A DNA stretch of 64,000 nucleotides. Source: a virus. Shown here piece after piece: positions 17,948-28,098 of the stretch. The DNA is taken from IMG/VR virus record IMGVR_UViG_3300017782_000002, positions 55,817 through 119,816 of that record; one strand, 5' to 3'. Under the pieces are notes generated by a model. The model did not search any database. It saw nothing but the letters and a program-made list of their open reading frames with translations, and was not told the DNA's origin. Every line of letters begins with the position of its first letter. Position 1 is the stretch's first letter. The translations under genes and the position numbers were made by a program.

Positions 17948-20900
17948 ATGGCAAGAAAATCAAAAAATAAAAAACAACAAACTTTTAATGTTTACCCATA
18001 CCTAGGTGGGTATCAACACTTTATGAGGAATGGCGGTGCTTTACCTAAATTTGAAGAACAAGGTGAAACAGAAGAAACTCAGCAACAAAAAATGAAAAGG
18101 TTGTATAAAGAACAATTTGGTGATAGAGATAAGTTTAGTTATCTTGGAGGATTAGGTAGAGTAGGCTTGTTTGGCAACATGATACAAGGAGTAGGAAAGT
18201 TAGGTAATACTATAGGTGGGGCTTTCAAAAAAGAAAGTTATGACCCAGGAGGAAAATATTCAAAATTTGACCAACAAGGAAATTTAAGATTTGGTAGATC
18301 TAGTTTTACAAACACTACTGATGAAAACGCAATGCTACATGGAGATAACTTAAAAAAGTATCTCAGCATGTCAAAAAAAGAAAAAGAAGAATGGGTTAAT
18401 AGTGGTGGACGTAATTCTGATTTATGGTGGTCATTAGATGATATGACTTATGGTAAACGTAACTTCATGGAAAGAAATGAAGACGGTTTAGCAAAATGGG
18501 ATGGTAGTAACTATAGAGTTGCTAAAGCAAGAAACGAAATGTTTAAAGATCCTGACACAGATGAAAGTTTGTTTAGTGTAAAACAAAAAAACAAAGATGG
18601 CACGTTTACTTATTTTAATGAAGATGGTACTGTAAACTATAATAAAGACGGGCAAACTCAATATGATGTAATAGAAGAAAGCACTGGTCCAGGAGGTTTA
18701 GCTGATGTCAATGCTGGTATAATGAATTTTGATTTTGATGTAGAAGGAGATAATAAATTAGTAAGCTTTGATCAAAATACAAATCAAAAAATTACTACAA
18801 CAGATCCTGAAGGTAATGTGACTGAAACAGAAAATAAAGTAAGTGGAACAACTCCTTATGATCCAAATAAAATTTATGGACCTTACACAAAAGAATCTGA
18901 AACAGTAGAATCAAGACAAGAAAGAATAAATAGAGAATTAGAAGAAAACAGTGGGAATGATGAAACTTTAAGATACGGTAAAGAGCTTAGAGGCATGCTT
19001 ACAAGATATGATGCAGGTGGTGATGCTGCTGATAATATGAATGACAGCACTGCATACTTTGATCATGATAGAACTGACGTACCATTCTATGAGCATGGTG
19101 GACCACATGAAGAAGGTGAAACAAATTATCCTGGTCAAGTACAGCTACCTGGAGACATGGTTGATCCTGCAGCTAATTTTACACCTCCTACTAGTGATCC
19201 TTTTGCACCATTACCAGGGTTTAACGGACCTGTAAATCTAGAAGCAGAATCAGAAGAGATTGCTAATTTTGAAAGACCAAACTTTGGTACAAGAATAAAA
19301 AACTTTCTACAAGGTAACAATGATTTAAACAAACCACCTACTCAAGCTGATGTTATGACAGATGACATGGTGGAAAACATAGATAAACAAGTAGATCCAA
19401 ATGCTCCAAGAGTATTAGACCCTACTAGTCAGAATGATATGCAGGGTGTAGCTACTGAAGAAGAAAAAGACATGGGTATTGATGTTAACTATGGTGATAC
19501 TAAAGGTCAACAGATACTTAATAAAGCAAAAGAAATTAGTAAGACAGGTGCTATTGGTGCTGGCTTAGATATAATTGGTGGAGTATCAGAATTTGCTGTA
19601 GATAAATTAACACCAGTTCTATCAAGTTTTGCAGAAGGTCAAGATAGACATGAGAATAAATTAAAATCTAGATCTAGAAGTGTAGAAGATTTTGCACCTA
19701 TGATGGAAGAAACTGCAGGTACAGGTAACAGAGGTTTTTATGATGTAAATAAAGGAGGCTATGGAGATGACCTATATGGTACAGGAGAAATATATGGGCA
19801 AGCACAACAAGGTAAAGAATTAATGAATGAACAACCTGCTCCAGTAAGTATAAATGATTACATGAAAACAAACATGGATGTGTTAAGATTTAATAAAGAG
19901 CATTTAGATAAACAGAAATCTTTCTTAGGTGATTACAAAAATGGTGGAGCTTTACCAAAGTACCAAGCTCTTGGTCAAGTAAGTAATACTAGAAAATTAT
20001 TTAATTATATAAATCCATTTAAATTTAAACTTGCTGATAATGTATTGTTTAGTGCAGGATCAAAAACAGAACCTTTTACTAAAATAAACATGTTGCAGAC
20101 AGGGGCAAATAAAGAAAACAACATAGGATTTTTAAATTTAAAATATGACAATCCATTAGGTGTTAGTTCTGAAATGAATAGTGTACGTGAAGAGTTTAGA
20201 AAAATGGGTATTGCTACTGCGCTTTATGACGAAGGAGTAAAACAATCTATTAAGCAAGGTTATCCTGGTCTTATAAGTGGTGAGACTTTAGATAGTCCAG
20301 AAGCTACAATAAACATATGGAAAAATTTTGATCTTGAAATAATGAATCCTGATAGAACTAGAATGGATAAGATTAAAGGGAGAAATCAATTTGTAGATGC
20401 TGGTGATACTGATTTTAGTTCTCTTATAGTAGATGGAAAATATACAGGTAGTCCAGTAAGATTAAAAGGACTAAATAAAAAAGGTAAAACAAAATTAAGT
20501 GAGTTTAGAAGTTTCTTTGATGAATTAAGTGCTGAAGATAAAATGATATATCAAATGAATGCACAAAAAGTAGGTGGATTTAAATGGGACATGCATTCAC
20601 CTCTTGGTAGAAGTATATTAAATGGTTTTAGAACTAAAAAAGTTATAGGTGATGGTAAAACATTTACAGAATATAACAGACAGCCAATATACATAGCAGG
20701 AGGTTTAGGTGCTTACAGTCTAATGTCTGGTGACGGATTAGATTCAGAATTACAAGAAAAAGAAAAACAAATATATTTAGAGAAGAGAGCTAAAGAAGAA
20801 GGAATGACTGTAGAAGAATTTAAAAAATCTATAGATGATACTTCACGTATAATGAAAACTGATCCTAAACTATATGAATATTATAAAGATTCTGCAGATG

Positions 20901-21997
20901 ATTTGTATAAAGCAGGAGGTCAACCTGGGTTTTGGGCAAACGTTCATGCAAAAAGAAAAAGAGGAGAATCTCCTGATAAAAGTAAAGTCTCTTCAGAAAC
21001 AGCAAAAAGATTTAATTTAAAATACGGAGCTGAGATACCTGAGTTTTTAAGAGGTGGAGGAACAGCAGCTGAAGGAGCAGTTTTATGTGATGCTTATGAT
21101 AAACCTGTAGATCCTGAAAAAGCTTGGGCTGCTGATACTGTAAATAATTATAAAGGACCTGGTATGAAATATGGTGGAACTTTACCTAAATTCCAGGGAC
21201 TAAAAAGAAGTGAGGTTAAAAATTACTCTAAAGCTTGGAATACAAATAAAAGAGACACTAAAGATATTATAAGTACATTAATGCAAGACGGATATAACTC
21301 AGAAACAGATACAATTATATCAAGTTATCATCCTTCTATGCCTATAGAAGATCAGCGTCATGGTCAAAGAATGCATAACCTTGCTACAAATGTTAATTCA
21401 TCAGGTCTTTTACCTTTTATGCATTCATCAAGTGCTAATTTTGCAGGTGAACTAGGTGCTACGTATCCATTTGTTGATGCAACAGGTTATGGTTCATACT
21501 TAGCAGTACCAAAAATGAATGAAGGTGGAAACTGGTTTAGTAAAGCAGTAGACTATGGACAAACAGCATTGGGAGCTGCAGGACTTACTCCTGGTCCAGT
21601 TGGTTTAGGTGCAGATGCTATTAATACAGGTATATCAGGAATTAGAGCTGGTTATAATAAATTTATTGGAGATGATGAATCAGCTAAAAAGCATACAGAA
21701 AACATGGCATTAAACGCTACGTCAATGATACCAGGGCCTGCAGGATGGGCAGCAGGTGCATCAGGTTTGGCAAAAGATATGGCAGGTTATGCTGGAGCAA
21801 TAGATGATAACAAGAGTATAACTACACAAGTAGCAGATTCTATGCAAACAAAACCTTCTCAACCAACTATGGCTGTAAAAGGAACTGGTGCAATAGACAA
21901 TACTGCTAAACTTGGAGGAGAACAAGAAGCTGAAATAGATATGGATTTATATTATGAGTTAATGAAAGCGGGAGCTGATATTAAAATTTTAGGATAA
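17948..21997 (+). CDS. Virion cargo polyvalent protein with GNAT and pre-toxin-TG-like cassettes
   Basis: VREEFRKMGIATALY (GNAT motif A) near 20183-20227; repeated GGALPK[FY]/GGTLPKF linkers; C-terminal LGAAGLTPG...ADAIN...ALNATSMIPG. Confidence 0.6.
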   Translation: MARKSKNKKQQTFNVYPYLGGYQHFMRNGGALPKFEEQGETEETQQQKMKRLYKEQFGDRDKFSYLGGLGRVGLFGNMIQGVGKLGNTIGGAFKKESYDPGGKYSKFDQQGNLRFGRSSFTNTTDENAMLHGDNLKKYLSMSKKEKEEWVNSGGRNSDLWWSLDDMTYGKRNFMERNEDGLAKWDGSNYRVAKARNEMFKDPDTDESLFSVKQKNKDGTFTYFNEDGTVNYNKDGQTQYDVIEESTGPGGLADVNAGIMNFDFDVEGDNKLVSFDQNTNQKITTTDPEGNVTETENKVSGTTPYDPNKIYGPYTKESETVESRQERINRELEENSGNDETLRYGKELRGMLTRYDAGGDAADNMNDSTAYFDHDRTDVPFYEHGGPHEEGETNYPGQVQLPGDMVDPAANFTPPTSDPFAPLPGFNGPVNLEAESEEIANFERPNFGTRIKNFLQGNNDLNKPPTQADVMTDDMVENIDKQVDPNAPRVLDPTSQNDMQGVATEEEKDMGIDVNYGDTKGQQILNKAKEISKTGAIGAGLDIIGGVSEFAVDKLTPVLSSFAEGQDRHENKLKSRSRSVEDFAPMMEETAGTGNRGFYDVNKGGYGDDLYGTGEIYGQAQQGKELMNEQPAPVSINDYMKTNMDVLRFNKEHLDKQKSFLGDYKNGGALPKYQALGQVSNTRKLFNYINPFKFKLADNVLFSAGSKTEPFTKINMLQTGANKENNIGFLNLKYDNPLGVSSEMNSVREEFRKMGIATALYDEGVKQSIKQGYPGLISGETLDSPEATINIWKNFDLEIMNPDRTRMDKIKGRNQFVDAGDTDFSSLIVDGKYTGSPVRLKGLNKKGKTKLSEFRSFFDELSAEDKMIYQMNAQKVGGFKWDMHSPLGRSILNGFRTKKVIGDGKTFTEYNRQPIYIAGGLGAYSLMSGDGLDSELQEKEKQIYLEKRAKEEGMTVEEFKKSIDDTSRIMKTDPKLYEYYKDSADDLYKAGGQPGFWANVHAKRKRGESPDKSKVSSETAKRFNLKYGAEIPEFLRGGGTAAEGAVLCDAYDKPVDPEKAWAADTVNNYKGPGMKYGGTLPKFQGLKRSEVKNYSKAWNTNKRDTKDIISTLMQDGYNSETDTIISSYHPSMPIEDQRHGQRMHNLATNVNSSGLLPFMHSSSANFAGELGATYPFVDATGYGSYLAVPKMNEGGNWFSKAVDYGQTALGAAGLTPGPVGLGADAINTGISGIRAGYNKFIGDDESAKKHTENMALNATSMIPGPAGWAAGASGLAKDMAGYAGAIDDNKSITTQVADSMQTKPSQPTMAVKGTGAIDNTAKLGGEQEAEIDMDLYYELMKAGADIKILG

Positions 21998-22001
21998 AAT
22001 T

Positions 22002-24887
22002 ATGAAAGTAAAAATAGGAAATTTACCAGAAGGTTTTAAAATTGTTAATGGCAAAGTTGTAAGAACAATGAAAGCAGGTGGTACTGTTAACAATACTTTA
22101 GGACCAATGAACAGAGAAGATGCTAACCTTGAAGCAGAAAAAGGTGAAACAGCTTTGACAGACCTTACTAATGATGGTTCTTTTGAACTATATAATATAG
22201 GAGGTAAAAGACATTATGATGGTGGTACTCCATTAAATCTACCAGAACAAAGTTTTGTGTTTTCTGACACACGCAAAATGAAATTTACAACAGAAGAATT
22301 AAAACAATTAGGTATTGATTCTAAAAAGAAAATGACTCCTGCAAAAGTATCTAAAAGATTTCCTTTAAATAAATACATTGAAATTTTAGAAAATCCTGAT
22401 TCAGATAAAATAGCTGTAGAAACTGCAGAGGATATGTTAAACAAAAACAAAGTAAAATTATCTCAAATAGCTTTCTTACAAGAACAAAAAAAGAAATTTG
22501 CTGACGGAGTACCTTTAGCTGCATATCCTTATATGATAGAAAACGGAATAAACCCACAAGAGTTTGAAGCAAAACTACAACAAGGGCAACAGCAAATGGC
22601 AATGGGTCCTGATATGAACGCATTACAACAATTTACAGGAGGCCCACAAATGAGTGTAGGTGGAGGTACAGATAACCCTGGCTTTAGAGCATTACCTGAT
22701 TTTGTACAATCTAAAATATTAAAGAATGCTGGTATGGGTGGAGAAGAAACACATACAATGCCAGATGGTACAGTACACCCTGGAGCAACACATGAAGAGT
22801 ACATGGCTATGATGCAACAAGGGCAAAGTAATATGTACAAAATGGGAGGATCAGCTATATGCCCTACGTGTGGTAAAAAATTACCATGCGGGTGTAAATA
22901 TAAAATGGGGGGATCCCCTTTTGAAGAAAACCCTCTTAAAAGATTTACTGAAGGTGGTGCACCTGAAGAAATGTTAGGAATGCCATCAAGACAAGGTAGG
23001 TTATCTGATAGTCAAATTGCTTTGCAGAACATCATGATGTATAGACAAAAGCTTATGGATGAGTATGAATCTACTGCAGCATACGTAAATGATAATCCTA
23101 ATGTCTTAGCAGATCCTGAAAAAGCTAATGAATTAAAAGCATCTATACAAACAATGGAGACTCAGTTGCGTGAAATAGATATACAAACACAATCTATACA
23201 ACAGAGTATGATGCAACAAAGCTTGCAAGTAAATCCTTTTGAAGGTATGCGTGGTGTAGAGCCGCAACAACAAATGGCTCAATTTGGTAAAGAATTAACT
23301 GGATCAGATGCTTGGGGTTATGGTGGAGATGATGCAGATGGTAATCCTATTATTGGTAGTAGTGAACCTGTACAAGAAACATATAATCCAAAGCAAACTG
23401 GTTATGAATCTCATGCAAAAGCATTTGATATTATGTCTAGTAAAGATTTTGATCCAGTTAGAAAACTTTGGTTAGATAAATATAAAGAAGAAGCTGCTAA
23501 GAATACTACAGGAAAAAATAGATGGGTTTCAAAAAAATCAGATGGAACAGCATATACGGACGCTGAATTATTTCATATATTTAATAGAATGAATCAATAC
23601 CTTTCTGCTGTAAATGCTGGAGAAGGTAGAAACCCAGGTGAAGTTTTTGGAAAAAATGCAGCAGGTAATACAGATGAACTAGCTATTAAATATGGATATG
23701 GTAATGCAAAACCTACACAAGAAGAGATTAGAATCTTTCAAGGTATGTATAAATCTTTAGATAATGCAAAAATTGAAGATGAAACAGGTTTATTAGATCA
23801 AATTAATACTACACCTATAGGACAAGAACAAGAAGGAATGAAGAATGCCCTTGGTGAAAATGTATCTGATGTAGATGGTGCATTAGGTCACACAACAGGA
23901 GGCCAGTTTTATAGAGCAGAAAATCCAGATGAAACCAGTACTACTAATACTGAAGTGACAAATGAATGTGATGCAGAAACTAGGGCTAAAATCATGCAAG
24001 AATGTAAAGAGTTAAAATTAAATTTTGATCAAAAAACATGTAGTTGTGTACCTAAGCCTGATGATTTTGAAACACCTAAAACTCCTTTGTATGAAACATT
24101 CCCACAGGATGATCTTATTGTAGCAACTAAGTCAGCACAGTTAGCAGGATTAAAACAAATAAACCCTGTACTAGAACCTAGTGTTGATCCAACATTAATG
24201 AACCCTATGTATGTAGATCCTAGACAACAGCTGTCTGTTATAGAGGCTACTGCAGCAGAAGCTATTAGACAAAACCCAGATCAAGCTACAGCTATTATGA
24301 GTAAAATGCAAGATGCGTCTGAAGGAATTATTAATAAACATGAAAATCTAAATACAAAGATTTATAATAATGCACAAGCAATAAACGTACCTTTGATTAA
24401 TGATGCTGCTGAAGCTAATGCTTCAAAATTTAAAACCTTTATGGATGAAAGTAATGCTTCTGCAGAAAATTTCCAAGTTGCAAATATGGAAATGACAGAC
24501 AACTTAGTAAATGCTGTTAATGATCAAATGAGTAATGCGGATCAACAGTACATGGAAAATTTAAAAAATCCACAATTCTGGTATAGTCCGCAAGCACATA
24601 ATATTGAATACTATAATCCAAAAGGTTTTGACGGTAACACTGGGCAACCTACAACTGATAGCATGTTAGCTTATGAGGAGTATAAAGCTTTAGCTGATAA
24701 AGATCCAGTTTTTGCTGAGAAGTATTTTGATAAAATATATAAACCTAAGAAAAATCCTGCAGATGAAGTTAATATAACTAGAAACAATGCGCAAGAAACA
24801 GTAAAGTATGGAAAAGAAACTTCACGTAAAAGAGACTTACTTAGAAGCAAGAGAGAATTAAGAAAATGGATTTTAGGATACAAATAA
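22002..24887 (+). CDS. Virion cargo protein (crAss-like cargo family)
   Basis: N-terminal EAEKGE...GGKRHYDGGT...FVFSD...TPA segment resembles conserved crAss-like cargo proteins; MKAGG, YKMGG x2 and FTEGG linkers. Confidence 0.6.
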   Translation: MKVKIGNLPEGFKIVNGKVVRTMKAGGTVNNTLGPMNREDANLEAEKGETALTDLTNDGSFELYNIGGKRHYDGGTPLNLPEQSFVFSDTRKMKFTTEELKQLGIDSKKKMTPAKVSKRFPLNKYIEILENPDSDKIAVETAEDMLNKNKVKLSQIAFLQEQKKKFADGVPLAAYPYMIENGINPQEFEAKLQQGQQQMAMGPDMNALQQFTGGPQMSVGGGTDNPGFRALPDFVQSKILKNAGMGGEETHTMPDGTVHPGATHEEYMAMMQQGQSNMYKMGGSAICPTCGKKLPCGCKYKMGGSPFEENPLKRFTEGGAPEEMLGMPSRQGRLSDSQIALQNIMMYRQKLMDEYESTAAYVNDNPNVLADPEKANELKASIQTMETQLREIDIQTQSIQQSMMQQSLQVNPFEGMRGVEPQQQMAQFGKELTGSDAWGYGGDDADGNPIIGSSEPVQETYNPKQTGYESHAKAFDIMSSKDFDPVRKLWLDKYKEEAAKNTTGKNRWVSKKSDGTAYTDAELFHIFNRMNQYLSAVNAGEGRNPGEVFGKNAAGNTDELAIKYGYGNAKPTQEEIRIFQGMYKSLDNAKIEDETGLLDQINTTPIGQEQEGMKNALGENVSDVDGALGHTTGGQFYRAENPDETSTTNTEVTNECDAETRAKIMQECKELKLNFDQKTCSCVPKPDDFETPKTPLYETFPQDDLIVATKSAQLAGLKQINPVLEPSVDPTLMNPMYVDPRQQLSVIEATAAEAIRQNPDQATAIMSKMQDASEGIINKHENLNTKIYNNAQAINVPLINDAAEANASKFKTFMDESNASAENFQVANMEMTDNLVNAVNDQMSNADQQYMENLKNPQFWYSPQAHNIEYYNPKGFDGNTGQPTTDSMLAYEEYKALADKDPVFAEKYFDKIYKPKKNPADEVNITRNNAQETVKYGKETSRKRDLLRSKRELRKWILGYK

Positions 24888-24934
24888 ATATTAAAAGTTT
24901 ATAAATATGAATCCTATACATCATAAAAATTTAG

Positions 24935-24942
24935 TAATTTTG
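24935..24942 (+). promoter_or_regulatory. Possible host-type -7 element, TAATTTTG
   Basis: Matches TAnnTTTG; ends 4 nt before ATG 24947. Confidence 0.3.
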
Positions 24943-24946
24943 TAAT

Positions 24947-27900
24947 ATGGCAACTTACCTACCAAATGTAAATAAATACGTATCTAAGACGGAGTCTTTT
25001 ACTCCTAATTTTAAATTCATTTCTGACGCATTAGCACAGAGACAAGACAGATATGATACTAACTATAGAAAGATGAATAATCTTTATGGTAGTGTTGTTC
25101 ATGCTGATCTTACTAGACAGGATAATAAAGACATTAGAGATAACTATGCAAAAGAACTTGCACCTAAACTACAACAAATATCAGGAGTAGATTTTTCTTT
25201 GCAACAAAATGTAGATGCAGCTAAAGCATTATTTACACCATTCTTTAATGATGATAAAATGGTTAGAGATATTGTATTTACAAAAAGACATCAATCAGAA
25301 ATACAAAAATTTCAAAATTGGAGACAAAGTAATGATGAAGAAACAAGAAAGAAATACTGGGATGAAGGTGTACAAAACCTTAATTACAGTTTAGCTGATT
25401 TCCAAAAAGGTTCTAGAGATGATTCTATGAACGTACAATTACCAGAAGCTGTAGAAAACATTAACCTTATTGAGATGGGTATAAATGCTCTTAAAGAATT
25501 AGGTATAAGTGATGAACAAGTTAGCTTTGATGCAACTGGTAATTATATGATTACACAAAAAAATGGTTCAGCTTTAACTAAAAGAGCTATAGGTAAAAAT
25601 GAAAAAGGTGATATGGTTTATACAAACCCTGCTCAAGAGTTAATTTTACAAATGACTATGGATGATCCTAGAGTACAAAGATATTACCAAACAAAATTTT
25701 ATGTAAAAGCTAGACAGTTCTATGAAGCTAATGCTGAAAAGTATGGTGGTGAAGAAGCTGCTAAAAAAGTATTTGCTGATGATATGTTATCACAATACTT
25801 TCAAGATTATGAAAAACAAAAAATTGGAAAAGAAACAGAAGTAAAGACTGCTACTGAAGCCAAGAATGATTGGGAAGCATATAGAAAAAAACATGGAAAT
25901 TTTGTTCCAGGATCACAAGAAGAATTAGATTATAGTAGAGCTAAAGAAGAATACATACTTATAAAAAATGGCAGAAAGTTAGAAGATAAGCACCATGGTT
26001 TAGTATCTGGTGAATCTGAAAATATAGATGACATGTTTAAAAAAGCTGGTCAAGCTTATATGATGCATAACATAAACACTGATACAAGAGAAGCTGCTAA
26101 GTTTTATTCAATGATTGATGCAAAACAAACTATAAAAGCTGACGAGTTTGCTTTAAAAAACCATCAGCATAAATTAAACATGATAGAAAAAGAATTTCAA
26201 AATGCTTTAAACATTATGAAAGATAAAGGTTGGCAGCAAGATCAAAATGGTAATTGGGTGCCATTACCTTGGGCTGACTTAGGGGGTAACAATAGTAATA
26301 ATACAGAAGGTCAGGATGTTGGAGTTAATTATTTTATGGGAGGTCAAGGCACTGATGTTGTAGCAGGAGATGCTGAAGAAACAATGCCGGTTGCTGATGG
26401 TGAATCAGATCCTATAGCAGATAATGCTGTTGCAATTAATAATAAAATTCAAGGTATTAATGAAACAAGATGGAGCTCTATAGAACAGTATTATTCTAGA
26501 AAGTCTGCTGACATAAGTGATGATGATAACACTATGATGGCAGAAGGTATGAAAGTAGATGGTCAACTTTTATCATGGAAAGAAGCAAGAGAATATTATT
26601 TAGATCCTGCAAATAAGGATAAATTAAAAGAACTATATAATTCTGTAGAAAATGTTTTAGATGGTAATACTACAGGACCTGGTTTACAAAAAAGTGATCC
26701 ACAACTTTATTATCAATTAAAAAAGAATAAAGGTAAAATTGAATCTGATGCTGTAGCAGTGTTTGTAACTAGAGATAAACAAAATGAAATTACACAAAAT
26801 GTAATTGATTTATTAGTTGCTAACAATGAGATTACTCCTGCACAAGCAAATTTATTAAATGCTTATCCTTTATTTAATAGACAAGGGGAAATGCAAGAGC
26901 CAGAAGAAGTAGTAGGTAAAATGCAATCAGATTTTACAAACTGGTATAAGGAAATAGAACCTAATTTACCATTCTATAGACCTAGTCAATTATCTAATCA
27001 AGAAACAGAAGCATATGAACAAGTTGCTAGACAATTTGGTTTTCAAGGTGTAGATGCTTTATTAGATGCTTTATATCCTTATAACGTCCGTACAGGAGAT
27101 AATATAAAAGTAAACGGTAACCAAGGTTCATCTGGAGTTGTTAGCATTGATTTTGCTGCTGGTAAACACTTTAAAAACATGTATGATGAAGTATTTGGTA
27201 GAGACAGTGCAGTAGATCTTTTTAATGATATAAAAACTAAAGTTAATAAAAGGATGACTAATGCTAATGCAATACCAGGAGTTACCTCTTTTAACGCTGC
27301 ATCAATGCTAACTAATCAAGAACAAGGGGGAATAGGAGGTACTATATATAATAAATACAAATCAGAATATATTAATGGTCAAGTTAATCCTGCAGCTAAC
27401 ACACAGTTCCGTTTATTAAATGAGTTGCTTAAACAACCAAAACAAAACTATAGTGTAACTATAGGAGATGCAAGTGGAGAATATACAGCGGAAAATAATC
27501 CAGAAGCATTAACTATATTAGATCAAATAATTAAAGATACAAAAAGAAAACCTGGTGATTTTACTAAAGGTAAAGGACCTAATGTAACTTTAACTTGGTC
27601 TGAAGTACTAGGAGGTCCAGAAGGTAAAGGTAATCATAGTGGTTGGGTTTTAACTTTAGGAAACGATTATGCAGATCATTTAGAAACTACACTAGGACCT
27701 ATATTTGATGTAAAAGATAATAAGATTACTGTATTTGCTAGTAAAGAATTTGGTCAAAATAATCCTAACGCTGTAAAAAATACTTATGTATCAGCTACAG
27801 AATTTATGGTTGATTTAAACAAATCTAGAATTATAGAAAGTGATGGAGGTTCAGTAATGTTTTATAGAAACAGCAATGGTCAAATGATGCACAAGTATCG

Positions 27901-28090
27901 TTTAGCAACTTATAATAAAGAATTAGGGCAACTAGAATTATCAGATTATAGTGAACCTCAAGTTATTCCTGCTGGTGGATATGCTGTTGATCAAGTGTAT
28001 GAACTCTATGATCAAAGATTAGATCAACAAGAAATGACCAATCAAAGTGCAATTAATGCACACAAAAAAGAAAACCAACAAAGCAAATAA
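24947..28090 (+). CDS. Putative ejected (internal virion) protein
   Basis: Large, predominantly helical protein directly upstream of the vRNAP gene. Confidence 0.55.
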   Translation: MATYLPNVNKYVSKTESFTPNFKFISDALAQRQDRYDTNYRKMNNLYGSVVHADLTRQDNKDIRDNYAKELAPKLQQISGVDFSLQQNVDAAKALFTPFFNDDKMVRDIVFTKRHQSEIQKFQNWRQSNDEETRKKYWDEGVQNLNYSLADFQKGSRDDSMNVQLPEAVENINLIEMGINALKELGISDEQVSFDATGNYMITQKNGSALTKRAIGKNEKGDMVYTNPAQELILQMTMDDPRVQRYYQTKFYVKARQFYEANAEKYGGEEAAKKVFADDMLSQYFQDYEKQKIGKETEVKTATEAKNDWEAYRKKHGNFVPGSQEELDYSRAKEEYILIKNGRKLEDKHHGLVSGESENIDDMFKKAGQAYMMHNINTDTREAAKFYSMIDAKQTIKADEFALKNHQHKLNMIEKEFQNALNIMKDKGWQQDQNGNWVPLPWADLGGNNSNNTEGQDVGVNYFMGGQGTDVVAGDAEETMPVADGESDPIADNAVAINNKIQGINETRWSSIEQYYSRKSADISDDDNTMMAEGMKVDGQLLSWKEAREYYLDPANKDKLKELYNSVENVLDGNTTGPGLQKSDPQLYYQLKKNKGKIESDAVAVFVTRDKQNEITQNVIDLLVANNEITPAQANLLNAYPLFNRQGEMQEPEEVVGKMQSDFTNWYKEIEPNLPFYRPSQLSNQETEAYEQVARQFGFQGVDALLDALYPYNVRTGDNIKVNGNQGSSGVVSIDFAAGKHFKNMYDEVFGRDSAVDLFNDIKTKVNKRMTNANAIPGVTSFNAASMLTNQEQGGIGGTIYNKYKSEYINGQVNPAANTQFRLLNELLKQPKQNYSVTIGDASGEYTAENNPEALTILDQIIKDTKRKPGDFTKGKGPNVTLTWSEVLGGPEGKGNHSGWVLTLGNDYADHLETTLGPIFDVKDNKITVFASKEFGQNNPNAVKNTYVSATEFMVDLNKSRIIESDGGSVMFYRNSNGQMMHKYRLATYNKELGQLELSDYSEPQVIPAGGYAVDQVYELYDQRLDQQEMTNQSAINAHKKENQQSK

Positions 28091-28098
28091 ATAAGAGC

